Of a stretch of DNA of 15,241 bases, positions 14,889 through 15,241 are shown one piece after another; positions within the stretch are counted from its first letter, which is position 1; each line of letters opens with the position of its first letter. The translations under genes were made by a program, and so were the position numbers. The stretch is from NCBI GenBank assembly GCA_043739185.1, contig JAYUEN010000233.1:1-15241 (forward strand), given 5' to 3'. Source of the stretch: Bdellovibrionales bacterium. Its GTDB lineage: Bacteria; Bdellovibrionota; Bdellovibrionia; Bdellovibrionales; JAMPXM01. Below the pieces are notes generated by a model. The model was not told where the DNA came from. It made no database searches and saw nothing but the letters and a program-made list of their open reading frames with translations.

Positions 14889-15241
14889 GTGAAAAAACTA
14901 TTCGCAAAAGCTTTTTGTATTGTCACGGTCATCTGGACCTCACAGGCTTATTCTCAAATTTACGACGATCAACCAAAGCCTGAAGAGAGCTTTTCTAGTT
15001 TTTTTGCGCGCATAACTCATGGCGGATTTTTTAACGGTATTCGCTTAGAGGCGCCGAAAAGCATACAGGATTCTTTTTTAAAACATATAAAAAAATCAAC
15101 TTGGGTTGGTAAACGTGACCAAGTTTATAAATCCTTAGAGTCTCAAGGAGTGAATCTTTGGGGGGATTGGTTTCGGGCTTCAAATACGAATGAAATCATT
15201 TTTGCAAGCGAGAGCTCTAAAACTCAAATGCTAGTGGCGAT
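14889..15241 (+). CDS. Secreted hypothetical protein (partial, runs off right edge)
   Basis: Read by hand. AGGAG (14879-14883), then GTG 14889, open to the window end: MKKLFAKAFCIVTVIWTSQAYS|QIYDDQPKPEESFSSFFARITHGGFFNGIRLEAPK... with a Sec-type signal peptide (A-Y-S site). Confidence 0.8.
   Translation, partial: MKKLFAKAFCIVTVIWTSQAYSQIYDDQPKPEESFSSFFARITHGGFFNGIRLEAPKSIQDSFLKHIKKSTWVGKRDQVYKSLESQGVNLWGDWFRASNTNEIIFASESSKTQMLVA

Noticed and set aside
1..15241. Mobile elements, CRISPR arrays, tRNA/rRNA, frameshifted pseudogenes
   Set aside because: No transposase or integrase, regularly spaced repeats, RNA gene signatures or broken reading frames were seen; all recognised genes look full length.

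Overview
AT-rich bacterial chromosomal window, almost entirely one tightly packed + strand gene run (708-14675). It joins a partial de novo purine operon (purM, purN, an unknown 456-aa gene, purB, purC, purS, purQ, purL, purF) to a peptidoglycan-recycling set (LdcA-type LD-carboxypeptidase, a signal-less SxxK serine hydrolase of the AmiE/YfeW type, Mpl), with an RNA m5U methyltransferase between the last two. Most junctions are ATGA/GTGA overlaps or gaps of a few bases. Two edge genes missed by the ORF track were read by hand: a divergent signal-peptide protein with an acidic tract and beta-barrel-like strands (455 to <1, - strand) and a secreted hypothetical protein (14889 to >15241). Gene order and protein style recall Bdellovibrionota, but this is from recollection and is unverified. 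No mobile element, CRISPR array, rRNA or tRNA was seen. The most interesting points are the unknown gene inside the pur operon, a possible AmpD-independent cytoplasmic muropeptide recycling route, and mutually exclusive hairpins in the purM leader.
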